A stretch of 10,218 nucleotides of DNA from an uncultured bacterium (GCA_963977445.1 CAXBPH010000255.1:1-10218), one strand, 5' to 3'. Shown: positions 1 through 7,878, counted from the first letter of the stretch. A program made the numbers and translations. Notes: generated by a model not told the origin, from the letters alone.

Positions 1-50
1 CTTAATACCCCGAGCAGCCCAAAAGATCCCGGCTTTGTGAAATATTCGGG
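1..50 (-). mobile_element. Possible insertion-sequence terminus (IS1380-like end)
   Basis: The minus strand switches at TTAG|CCCGAATATTTCACAAAG, where MMPL similarity ends. The resemblance to IS1380-type ends is from memory only. No transposase or partner inverted repeat is in the window. Confidence 0.4.
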
Positions 51-592
51 CTAAGAGCACCCGGACCCACGAGGTAAACCTTCCATCCCGCGCTGCCCAG
101 GGGCTCGGCTGCCTGACGCACCGCCGTGACGTAATCACGACGGGACTGGGCGGAAAATCGCCCGTTACTGCCGATAAGCATACCGCCCATTCGGTGGTCG
201 GACGATACGATAGCCTTTTCGTAGAAAGGCGACCCAACAATCTCTTCCTCCAGCTCCTCTCCGCTTTCCGCGCCAAAGTGATCGCGAAACACGGTGGGGA
301 TACTTTGAACCGAGGTGACTGCGGGCAGGGCCTCCACCGCATTGAGCACCTCGAGCTGCACGTCGAGCGCATCTGTATCAAACAGGTCCCCGCCGTCATA
401 GGCGAGAAGCAGAAAATCTTCCGTGCCGAAATCGCTGCGAAATCCGAGGACTCCTTCGTCCTCCACCACCCATTGCTCGATACTGTTGTCCAAATGGAGC
501 CAGACCATGCCCCAAGGGGCAAGGAGCACCAGGGCCAGCATAACAACGAAGGAGAAGCGGGCGACCAGATCCTGAGACCACGTCACCATCAC
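2..592 (-). pseudogene. MMPL/RND-family exporter, N-terminal fragment only (truncated or interrupted)
   Basis: TM1 is followed by LHLDNSIEQW ... FRSDFGTEDFLLLAY and a periplasmic domain ending VYLVGPGAL, where the next TM block normally begins. An unrelated tail and TAA at 4-2 follow. It is 196 aa, whereas full-length members are several times longer. Confidence 0.7.
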
Positions 593-990
593 TTTCCCGG
601 CCAGTGAAATGGATAGCCGTTGAAGAAGGGTGCAAGCACGGTACTCAATTGTAAGCCAAGGGCCATATCTCCCTCGATTTCAATGCGAAGGTCAAAGAAC
701 GCCTTGTCGGGAGCAAGGATCCCCGTGGCGACTTCGAGAAGGGTGGAGGCATCCAGATGAAATACACAGGGTGCTTCATCCGCCCCGGACGATAGGCAAA
801 TCAAACGTCCGTCGGCGACCGTCAGTGTCCACGCCGCCTTTTCCACATCAACAAGAGAGACACCAAGCACACAATTCAGAGAATGGAGACCCGGCACCAG
901 CAATACGCCTTTCAGCCCAGGCAGGAACACCTCGAAATAGGCCCGGCAGGCTTCCTCCCGTTTTGCGGATAGTGCTGCAGTCATCATCAC
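589..990 (-). CDS. SCP2 sterol/lipid-binding domain protein
   Basis: WTLTVADGRL ... APCVFHLDASTLLEVATGILAPDKAFFDLRIEIEGDMALGLQL fits the SCP2 C-terminal pattern. It has GTGA overlaps with both neighbours; alternative ATG starts lie at 987 and 984. Confidence 0.88.
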   Translation of the reverse strand: MMMTAALSAKREEACRAYFEVFLPGLKGVLLVPGLHSLNCVLGVSLVDVEKAAWTLTVADGRLICLSSGADEAPCVFHLDASTLLEVATGILAPDKAFFDLRIEIEGDMALGLQLSTVLAPFFNGYPFHWPGK

Positions 991-2492
991 ACCAGCGCCG
1001 GTTGGGGCGCAACGTCGAGCGGGTAGTGCTGCTCGAGAAATGACTGGATGAGAAACTGGAGACGATTACGATCCATGGGCGCGAGGGGATGCCCCCCCGA
1101 GGCGGCATGGGCGAGCTCGCTCTTAAATAGGGCATCACTGGTCAACATGTAGGGCCGGAATACCCCGGAGATACGCTGGAGAACCGCCTCCGCAGCCGAT
1201 AGGGGGGCTCCGTCAAGGTTATGGACGGTTTCGTACTCCGGGATATCCAGCAGCGCCGCGATGACTGCGATCAGGTCGGTCATGGGCGCGGGTTCAGGAT
1301 GTGAAAGATTAAAATAACTGGCGGTCCTGGGACGGCGGGCCGCGATATGGAGCATGCGGCAGACCACATCGTCGACGTGGATCAGATTCTTGGCGGCGTC
1401 ATGATCGACCTCAACCCGGAAAGTCTGATTGGCTGCGTCCTGGTGGGCAATCCCGTGGCGCACGCCGACCATCTTTGCAAGACGAATCATTTTGGCGACG
1501 TTGTAAACGGTTTGCCCATCGCACAGGCCGGAAACGCTTTCCCCAAGAATAATGCTCGGGCGATAGATGGTGTAAGGAATATTTGCATCGGACACACAAC
1601 GCTCGGCTTCGTGTTTCGATTCTTCATAGGGGTTCTTGAAACTGGTCGGACGTTTCAGTGGCCCTTCCGGTACGGCATCTTCGCCATACCCGTTTCCCGC
1701 GGCATAGGCGGTGCTGACATGATGAAGATGTTTCACGCCGGGAAGTCGCCGGGCAAATTCCACAACATTTCGTGTGCCTTCCAGATTCACCTGAAAGATA
1801 AGGTCGCGCAGTATCTCTTCAAAACGCGTAATCGCGGCCAGGTGCCATATTTCAACGGATTGTTCCGCCAGCAGCGCCTGCGCTTCGGACGAGAGGCAAA
1901 GTCCCGGTAGACGTACGTCTCCCTCCACGCAGACAAGCCGCCCCGGGTGCAATCGCTCCAGATGGGCGAGTCGTTGATTGTAGGGGGTATTTCCAGCACG
2001 CCGGGTGAGCGCGATGACACGACCCGCGCTACACCGCAGAAGGTATCGTAAAAAATGTCCCCCCAGGAAACCCGTGGCCCCCGTGAGAAATATCGTGTTG
2101 CCATCCATCGCGGGCAGCGCCTGATAAAGCTGGTTGAGACGCTGGTGATGTTCCCCTAAGGCAAGCAAGGCCGCCCGGAGTTCGGAGGCCAGGTCTTCCG
2201 AGGAAATGAGCCGATCCACCGCTCGGGACCGAAGCAGTTTCAAGGCGTGTGGCCGTTCTTCACGGGTTGCAATCAATCCAATAGGTACGCGAGGCAGACG
2301 GACGTGAAGCTGTTCCAATAGGGCATCCAGCTGATCGGGGTCTTCTGGAAAGGCGACGAGGCTGCAATCCCACGATTGCCCGGCACCATCCCATTCCGGC
2401 ACTTCCTGACACGGCCCGTAGTGGACGTCGGGAATTGCGTCCAGAACGGACGTCACGGGCGCTGGCATTTCACCTGCCAGAAATACGCGCAT
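987..2492 (-). CDS. Pseudo-receiver domain fused to an extended SDR (NAD_binding_4; fatty acyl-CoA/thioester reductase-like)
   Basis: IFLTGATGFLG Rossmann motif, VEGDV, WHLAA, VNLEGT, HVSTAY, catalytic YEESK (YxxxK) and YRPSII. The first ~110 aa follow a receiver-like pattern. The start abuts the upstream stop (TAAATG). Confidence 0.88.
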   Translation of the reverse strand: MRVFLAGEMPAPVTSVLDAIPDVHYGPCQEVPEWDGAGQSWDCSLVAFPEDPDQLDALLEQLHVRLPRVPIGLIATREERPHALKLLRSRAVDRLISSEDLASELRAALLALGEHHQRLNQLYQALPAMDGNTIFLTGATGFLGGHFLRYLLRCSAGRVIALTRRAGNTPYNQRLAHLERLHPGRLVCVEGDVRLPGLCLSSEAQALLAEQSVEIWHLAAITRFEEILRDLIFQVNLEGTRNVVEFARRLPGVKHLHHVSTAYAAGNGYGEDAVPEGPLKRPTSFKNPYEESKHEAERCVSDANIPYTIYRPSIILGESVSGLCDGQTVYNVAKMIRLAKMVGVRHGIAHQDAANQTFRVEVDHDAAKNLIHVDDVVCRMLHIAARRPRTASYFNLSHPEPAPMTDLIAVIAALLDIPEYETVHNLDGAPLSAAEAVLQRISGVFRPYMLTSDALFKSELAHAASGGHPLAPMDRNRLQFLIQSFLEQHYPLDVAPQPALV

Positions 2493-3245
2493 TTACTTGG
2501 ACCCTTTTGCCTGGTCGTTGAGCGCCCAATCGTAGTCCGTGAAAGACAGCTCGAAGCCCTCCAGGTTTTTCGCCGTGTCCGGGGCATCCATGTAGGGGGC
2601 CACAAAGGCATTCAGCGAGTTGGACGTGGCTTCAAAGTCGCTGCGGTACCATTTAAAAATCGGAGACAACCAGAGCACTTTTTTCTCCCGGTCCAGGCGA
2701 TTCTTTTCGGGCGTATTGAGAAAGCTCCGCGTCTGGTCGTCGAGTTGTGCATCCAGGGCATCACCGAGATAGGCTTCTCCCCGGAGTGATGGGCACCCGA
2801 GCGCAGCACACACCAGGGCGAAATGAATTCGAGGCTCGGCATAGTTTTTTCGGATGATTTTATGCTCCAGGGTGTCGAGGGAGACTTTCTTTCCGAAGAG
2901 CAACACCGATTTCTTATCCCAGGGGCTACTGATAAAGGAACCGAGGGACTTGATGCTATCCACCGGGTATCCATCAATGATCAACTGGAGTGTGGAGGCA
3001 TTGTATACGTTTATCAGGAAGGCCAACTGGTCGTTCTGCGACCACCCCTGAAAAGTCGGCAGCGTTATATTGCCCGCCTCCTCCAGATAGCGGTCGAGTG
3101 CTGCGCGGTTTTCTTTCAAGCCGTTATAGTCCACGAGGCTATCCGACACATAGGCTTTGAGGAGGGCATCCAGGGGCGTATGGTCCATACCTGATGCCGC
3201 AAAATTGGAAAGCACCGCTGCGACGGATAGGAGTAATGAGTTCAT
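2493..3245 (-). CDS. DUF547-domain secreted protein (250 aa)
   Basis: ATG at 3245 with RBS AAAGGGA and a signal-peptide-like N-terminus. Motifs VDYNGLK, LAFLINVYNA, SLDTLEHKIIR, EPRIHFALVCAALGCPSL, LSPIFKWYRSDF and YDWALN. Confidence 0.9.
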   Translation of the reverse strand: MNSLLLSVAAVLSNFAASGMDHTPLDALLKAYVSDSLVDYNGLKENRAALDRYLEEAGNITLPTFQGWSQNDQLAFLINVYNASTLQLIIDGYPVDSIKSLGSFISSPWDKKSVLLFGKKVSLDTLEHKIIRKNYAEPRIHFALVCAALGCPSLRGEAYLGDALDAQLDDQTRSFLNTPEKNRLDREKKVLWLSPIFKWYRSDFEATSNSLNAFVAPYMDAPDTAKNLEGFELSFTDYDWALNDQAKGSK

Positions 3246-3270
3246 TGAATTTCCCTTTGTGCGAAGGCCC

Positions 3271-4251
3271 TTAGGGCTTCCAGCCATTGTGTTCGAGGTA
3301 GTCTGCATAGTGCCACATATCGGCATCTTTCTTCCGTGCAAAGAATAGGGTGGTATAAAAGCGATGGCCCGTTTCTTCCTTGGGGCCATACTCCCGATCC
3401 TGCCCGACATTATGATCCCAGGACCAAAGTCCAAAGAGAAGGGTCTCCAACGGCTTATAGGCCCCTTTCACCAATCCCTTCCGGTGTCCATGGGTGTGGT
3501 AGAAGGAAGTCGTCGTGCCGTCGTCAAGCTCCAACGCCTTCAACGCCTCTATGGGCGCGGCGGGTGCGTACACCGTGGGCATGGCATCCTGCAGGGTGTC
3601 GAGGGGCTGCAACGAAACTCCCATACACCGGTGAGAGCCACTTCGAATACGTACCGCAATGCGGGGATTCTCTGCTGCCTTGGACTTCAGGTAAAGTTGC
3701 CCTGGCAGGTGCTCGCCGTAAACGACCCGTTCGGAACCATCCCATCCATCGGGGTACGCCTCTTCGTCGAGGTAGTCCGTCGGAATAATTGCGTGATAAC
3801 AGCCGCAGCTCTGCACGGTGGTCAACCACACCGGCTCGTCGGAAACGTTTAAGGTAACAATCGCAATGGCCCCAACGTTCTTGCCTGCCGATACATTCAG
3901 GGGCACCCAGGTAAAGGGACTGGCCTCGAAATGAATTCGGTAGATCAGGTTGGTGTAGGCACCACGGTTCGTTTCGAAATGTTCCACGGCCGTATAGATG
4001 GTCGGATGAGCAGGGTCCACACGAACCAATTCACGTCCGTGTTTGGAGACGGAAGCGACGGGCGTGCCTATTTTGTTGAAGGCCTTATGGTCGTCTTCTA
4101 TAACAAATACCGGCGCGTACTGCTGAACAAGGCCATCGGCGCCCTCGAGCACATAGGCCGTCGTCTGAGCTTCAAACGACGCAACACCGGCGTTGGCGCA
4201 GAGATATATTCCGCAGAGAACCACCAGCGTGCATGGAAGGATCACGCGCAC
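3271..4251 (-). CDS. Secreted/periplasmic hypothetical protein with an SCGCYH motif
   Basis: GTG start, with an N-terminal signal-peptide-like MRVILPCTLVVLCGIYLCANA. Internal motifs are YAPVFVIE, NLIYRIHF, TVQSCGCYHAIIP and IRSGSHR. Confidence 0.8.
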   Translation of the reverse strand: MRVILPCTLVVLCGIYLCANAGVASFEAQTTAYVLEGADGLVQQYAPVFVIEDDHKAFNKIGTPVASVSKHGRELVRVDPAHPTIYTAVEHFETNRGAYTNLIYRIHFEASPFTWVPLNVSAGKNVGAIAIVTLNVSDEPVWLTTVQSCGCYHAIIPTDYLDEEAYPDGWDGSERVVYGEHLPGQLYLKSKAAENPRIAVRIRSGSHRCMGVSLQPLDTLQDAMPTVYAPAAPIEALKALELDDGTTTSFYHTHGHRKGLVKGAYKPLETLLFGLWSWDHNVGQDREYGPKEETGHRFYTTLFFARKKDADMWHYADYLEHNGWKP

Positions 4252-4391
4252 TATTCAACGACCTCTGCCTTGGCCGAGATGGCTTCCTTCAGTGCGGCGG
4301 CATCGCGGGTTGGCGTAGCCTCTTCAGCCATTCCTGCCCGTGTCGGCCATAACGCAATGACGGACATCTCCGATATTTCTAACGTCCTCAT
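4251..4391 (-). CDS. Small ORF, 46 aa (below the ORF-track cutoff)
   Basis: The ATG at 4391 lies 1 nt after the upstream TGA. It translates as MRTLEISEMSVIALWPTRAGMAEEATPTRDAAALKEAISAKAEVVE. Its TAG (4253-4251) shares a G with the GTG start of the next gene. Confidence 0.55.
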   Translation of the reverse strand: MRTLEISEMSVIALWPTRAGMAEEATPTRDAAALKEAISAKAEVVE

Positions 4392-4392
4392 C

Positions 4393-5037
4393 TCAGCGTT
4401 TCCAGTGATAGCTATCGGGACAATTCAGCAGGCAGCCACCACCAAACATACGGTCCATGGCCTTCCAGAAATTCGCAACGTACTGCTCCGATGCCGCCTG
4501 TCGTCCCCGATCGAGTTCATCAATGAGAAAGCGATCCCACTCGGCACGCTTCCAATCCACGAAGTGCATGATGGCCCGCTCACCGGCCACGCCGGGCTGG
4601 GGGTGGGTGCTTCCCATGGGCGCGTGGATGGCCTTCAATAGACCATTCACCCCCGGGCCCGCACAAATGACGTGGCCGTAGATGTTATAGCCCTTGTCCA
4701 GATCGTAGAGACACGTGATGGCCATGACCGAGCCCAGCTCAATCAGTTGGGGAGCCGCCGGAAAGACCACGCGAATGAGTTGCTCATTCCGTACCGTATC
4801 TCGCTCCAGTTTCTTATAGAGGCGGGCGTGACGCTCAATTTCGTGATGGCCACTTCGTTCCGCGTAGTGGACTTCACCCTTAAAACACTCGCTATCGAGA
4901 CAGGCCTGTATAGTTCGGTCCCCTTCCGACTTAGCGGCGATTTTGGAAGCACCGTGGCCAGCCGACAAATGCTTATTGCTTGAAAACGGGGTATAGTGGT
5001 CGTTGGTCAGAACGGTGGGCGTGGACTGTTGAGACAT
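4393..5037 (-). CDS. Hypothetical soluble protein (214 aa), family not recognised
   Basis: It is co-oriented inside the operon. The ATG at 5037 is preceded by AAGAGGAAAAACGATTT and is preferred over the TTG at 5088. No signal peptide or TM segment is evident. Confidence 0.8.
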   Translation of the reverse strand: MSQQSTPTVLTNDHYTPFSSNKHLSAGHGASKIAAKSEGDRTIQACLDSECFKGEVHYAERSGHHEIERHARLYKKLERDTVRNEQLIRVVFPAAPQLIELGSVMAITCLYDLDKGYNIYGHVICAGPGVNGLLKAIHAPMGSTHPQPGVAGERAIMHFVDWKRAEWDRFLIDELDRGRQAASEQYVANFWKAMDRMFGGGCLLNCPDSYHWKR

Positions 5038-5125
5038 AAATCGTTTTTCCTCTTCGATTGGAGACGCTGTTTTCGTGTGGAACGTCAACGTCTGATTTTA
5101 TGCATCCAGACCGCATTGGATGGTG

Positions 5126-5141
5126 CTGTATATTTCTACAG
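5126..5141. promoter_or_regulatory. Operator-like palindrome CTGT-N8-ACAG (resembles the proteobacterial LexA box)
   Basis: CTGTATATTTCTACAG matches 14 of 16 positions of CTGTATATATATACAG and lies in the only large internal gap of the operon. Confidence 0.3.
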
Positions 5142-5153
5142 ACGGCCGATGAA

Positions 5154-5990
5154 TCAGGTAGCCGCCCCTGCCAGAGCCCCTTCGTGCACATCAGATACCT
5201 GCCAATATTCGTTTTTCAGGATGGCCATGGCCTGACGTAATTCGTCGTTGAAGGCAAGGCTATCTTCGTTCACATACATACCCACAAAGCGTTCCGCCAG
5301 GGATTTAGATAGACCACGGCCGTAGTTGAGGCTGTAGTCCACCGCGGCGCTCCGTTGTTTGAGTGCAATCTCAACAGAGCGTCGATACGCACTTGCCACG
5401 GTCGTCTTCAGCGCCTGGCCCAGGTTGGCCCGTATGCAATTGACACCAAGCGGCAGCGGCAGGCCGCCGTGGCGCTTTCCAAAAAGTTCACCAAAGTCAG
5501 CCAGCAGCGTGAAGCCTTCGTCCGCATAGGTAAGCTGACCCTCGTGGATGATGACACCCGCCGCGACTTCACCGGAGGCAACGGCATCCATAATCTTGGT
5601 GAAGTCCAGATGAACTTCCTGTATCTCCGGCAAAAGAGACCGGGCCACGAGCGTCGCCGTCGTGAAGGGTCCGGGAAGAGCGACTTTCTTACCCGCGAGA
5701 CTCTCCAGCGTTGCCGGCCTATTGGCGATGAGCCGGGGACCGTAATTACGGCCCGCACTCGTGCCCACTTCCAGCAGGTCATAGCGGTCTTCGAGGTGCA
5801 GATAGCCATGCACCGAGAGGGCCGTTACTTCCAGGGGGTCCTCCCCCATGGCCAACTCGTTCAGCGTCTGAATATCATGGAGCACATGGATAATGCGGTG
5901 GTCGGGAATCGTCACCTGTTCCGAAGCAAATCCGTAGAACATGAAGGCATCATCCGGGTCGGGGCTGTGGCCAATACGTATTGTATTCAT
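5154..5990 (-). CDS. mqnD: 1,4-dihydroxy-6-naphthoate synthase
   Basis: N-terminal IRIGHSPDPDDAFMFYG, DIQTLN, NYGPRLI, ALPGPFTTA, GVIIHEGQLTY, LPLPLG and FVGMYVN. RBS AAAGGA. Confidence 0.95.
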   Translation of the reverse strand: MNTIRIGHSPDPDDAFMFYGFASEQVTIPDHRIIHVLHDIQTLNELAMGEDPLEVTALSVHGYLHLEDRYDLLEVGTSAGRNYGPRLIANRPATLESLAGKKVALPGPFTTATLVARSLLPEIQEVHLDFTKIMDAVASGEVAAGVIIHEGQLTYADEGFTLLADFGELFGKRHGGLPLPLGVNCIRANLGQALKTTVASAYRRSVEIALKQRSAAVDYSLNYGRGLSKSLAERFVGMYVNEDSLAFNDELRQAMAILKNEYWQVSDVHEGALAGAAT

Positions 5991-6002
5991 GAATCGGTTC
6001 CT

Positions 6003-7130
6003 TTATACCGCTGCCGAGTGCGGGGGGCTGGATACGGGGTTAACACGGAGCTGGGTGAATTGGGGACCGCAGGCCGGCGCGACACGATGGCAATGAAGAT
6101 GTTCGTACGTGGTGCTACGCTGTACAGGAACAAACCCCGCGTCGTGAATCATGTTGACCACCGACTCCAATTTCGTAGCCACCTGGTGGCTCGCCTGAAA
6201 CAAGACGTTCTCCTCCAACAGCACACCTCCAAAATCATCAGCACCGGCATGGAGGGCAAGTTGGCCCGCACGCCAACCTTCGCCAAACCAGGAAGCCTGG
6301 ATGTGGGGCACGTTGTCGAGAAAGAGTCGGGCCAGTGCAATAACCCGCACGTATTGACTCGCCGGAGCGGCCTCTTTTACGAGTCGGCTCAACGGAGACC
6401 CACCGGGCTTGAAACTCCAGGGGATGAAGGCATAAAAGCCGCCGGTCTCATCCTGCAAATCCCTAATACGGATGAGGTGCTCGATAATGTCTTCGTCTGT
6501 CTCAAGATGCCCATAGGTCATGGTGGCGCTGGTCTTGAAACCAATATGATGGGCTTCCCCCATGACCGCCAGCCAGGCATCGGTACGGGTTTTCTTCGGG
6601 GACAGCTTGCGACGCACGGCGTCCACCAGTATTTCGGCACCACCACCGGGCATGGTGCGAAGACCCGCGTCCCAGAACTGCTGGAGCACGGCATGGGCGC
6701 TCATGTCTTCCTGATCGGCGATGTGGAGTATTTCTGAGGGCGAAAAAAGGTGCAGATGCATCCCCGGCGCATGGTGTTTCAGCGCTTCGATGACATCCAG
6801 GTAGTAGGACAGGCCCAGGGCAGGATTGTGTCCCCCTTGCAGGAGCACGGTCGTCGCCCCCTGAAGTTGGGCGGTAGCGGCATTCCGACCAATCTCATCG
6901 GGCGTGCGCACATAGCCCTCCGGGTGCCCCGGCGTACGATAGAAACTGCAAAAGGTACAATCCGTCGTACACACGTTGGTGTAGTTGGGATTGGTGTCGA
7001 TCACAAAGGTAACAGCGTTTCCAGGATGAATGTGCTGACGAATATCGTTCGCCCGCGCCATCAGATCAGACTGGGCACCATGGCGATAGAGATTCAGGGC
7101 CTTATCAGGCGCTACGCGCTGTACGGTCAT
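6003..7130 (-). CDS. mqnC: Cyclic dehypoxanthinyl futalosine synthase, radical SAM
   Basis: VIDTNPNYTNVCTTDCTFCSFYR (CxxxCxxC), LLQGG, PGGGAEIL, FIPWSF, the MqnC-type HIQASW and GADDFGGVLLEENV. Confidence 0.93.
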   Translation of the reverse strand: MTVQRVAPDKALNLYRHGAQSDLMARANDIRQHIHPGNAVTFVIDTNPNYTNVCTTDCTFCSFYRTPGHPEGYVRTPDEIGRNAATAQLQGATTVLLQGGHNPALGLSYYLDVIEALKHHAPGMHLHLFSPSEILHIADQEDMSAHAVLQQFWDAGLRTMPGGGAEILVDAVRRKLSPKKTRTDAWLAVMGEAHHIGFKTSATMTYGHLETDEDIIEHLIRIRDLQDETGGFYAFIPWSFKPGGSPLSRLVKEAAPASQYVRVIALARLFLDNVPHIQASWFGEGWRAGQLALHAGADDFGGVLLEENVLFQASHQVATKLESVVNMIHDAGFVPVQRSTTYEHLHCHRVAPACGPQFTQLRVNPVSSPPHSAAV

Positions 7131-7878
7131 ATCGGCTACCTTCCATGAGCTGGAAAAACTTCTTCATCCCTTCCATGTCGTCCTCGGTCAGACGATTCCG
7201 CAGGTGCGTGAAGTAGTTTCGCTGGGACCCGTCCACATCTTCCTGACCACCGAAATGGGCAAGACGTTCCTGGCCCCCGGGCGTGCCCGCCCGCTGGACA
7301 CAGGATTCCAGCCATTCCGCAACGGCCTCACGCTGGACCTGGGGCAACGACTTGGAAACGACCCACCGGGCAAAAACGAAGGGTAGTCCCGTATGCTCAA
7401 ACCACCAACCACTCAGGTCCACATCGTGCTCCGTATTCAGGCCACGTTGCGCGTATTGAAAGGCGCCGTCACCGATCAACAAGTGCGCAGCACCGCCGGG
7501 GTAAGACTTAGTGAACTCGGGTTCCATGCCATAGCGTTCGGTACAAAGAATCCGAAAGAGCTCAATGGAGGAACGGGATTTCGGCGTGGCATAAATGGGC
7601 ACGTGCTGATGAAGCAAATACTCCAGGGGGCGGCTGGAGAAAAGCTGCACACTCTGGACCGGGCCACGGCAGGCGATGCCGCAATCACCAATTACGTCGA
7701 CAAGCGAGCCCATTTCAGGCAGACTCGCAACAGGCAGGAGAGCCGCATCACAGTGATGGTCGGCGACGAGTTCGTGAATCCGGGCCGGCGTCTCAAAACG
7801 AAGGCTGTGGTTCCACGCGGGTTTGCAGAGGCGGTAGGCACCACCCGACAGATTGTCGATAGAAATTAAACGAAGCAT
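7105..7878 (-). CDS. mqnA: Chorismate dehydratase (MqnA/MqnD family), divergent N-terminus
   Basis: Motifs GIACRGPVQSVQLFS, SRSS, LLIGDGA and DLSGWWFEHTGLPFVFARW. RBS AGGAG at 7886-7890. It overlaps both mqnE and mqnC. Confidence 0.9.
   Translation of the reverse strand: MLRLISIDNLSGGAYRLCKPAWNHSLRFETPARIHELVADHHCDAALLPVASLPEMGSLVDVIGDCGIACRGPVQSVQLFSSRPLEYLLHQHVPIYATPKSRSSIELFRILCTERYGMEPEFTKSYPGGAAHLLIGDGAFQYAQRGLNTEHDVDLSGWWFEHTGLPFVFARWVVSKSLPQVQREAVAEWLESCVQRAGTPGGQERLAHFGGQEDVDGSQRNYFTHLRNRLTEDDMEGMKKFFQLMEGSRYDRTARSA

Noticed and set aside
3246..3434. 63-aa N-terminal extension of the DUF547 ORF given by the ORF track
   Set aside because: It overlaps the upstream gene by 164 nt. The ATG at 3245 has an RBS and yields a signal peptide.
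3931..4641. 236-aa plus-strand ORF, and the other plus-strand ORFs such as 8199..8948, 1347..1910 and 9677..10138
   Set aside because: They are antisense shadows of the minus-strand genes with no family features.
5038..5088. TTG start for the orphan, and TTGACG as a sigma-70 -35 element
   Set aside because: The ATG at 5037 has the better RBS, and there is no plausible -10 element at the right spacing from TTGACG.
5355..6737. 460-aa plus-strand ORF
   Set aside because: It lies wholly antisense to the well-supported mqnD and mqnC genes and has no recognisable motifs, as expected for a shadow ORF in GC-rich DNA.
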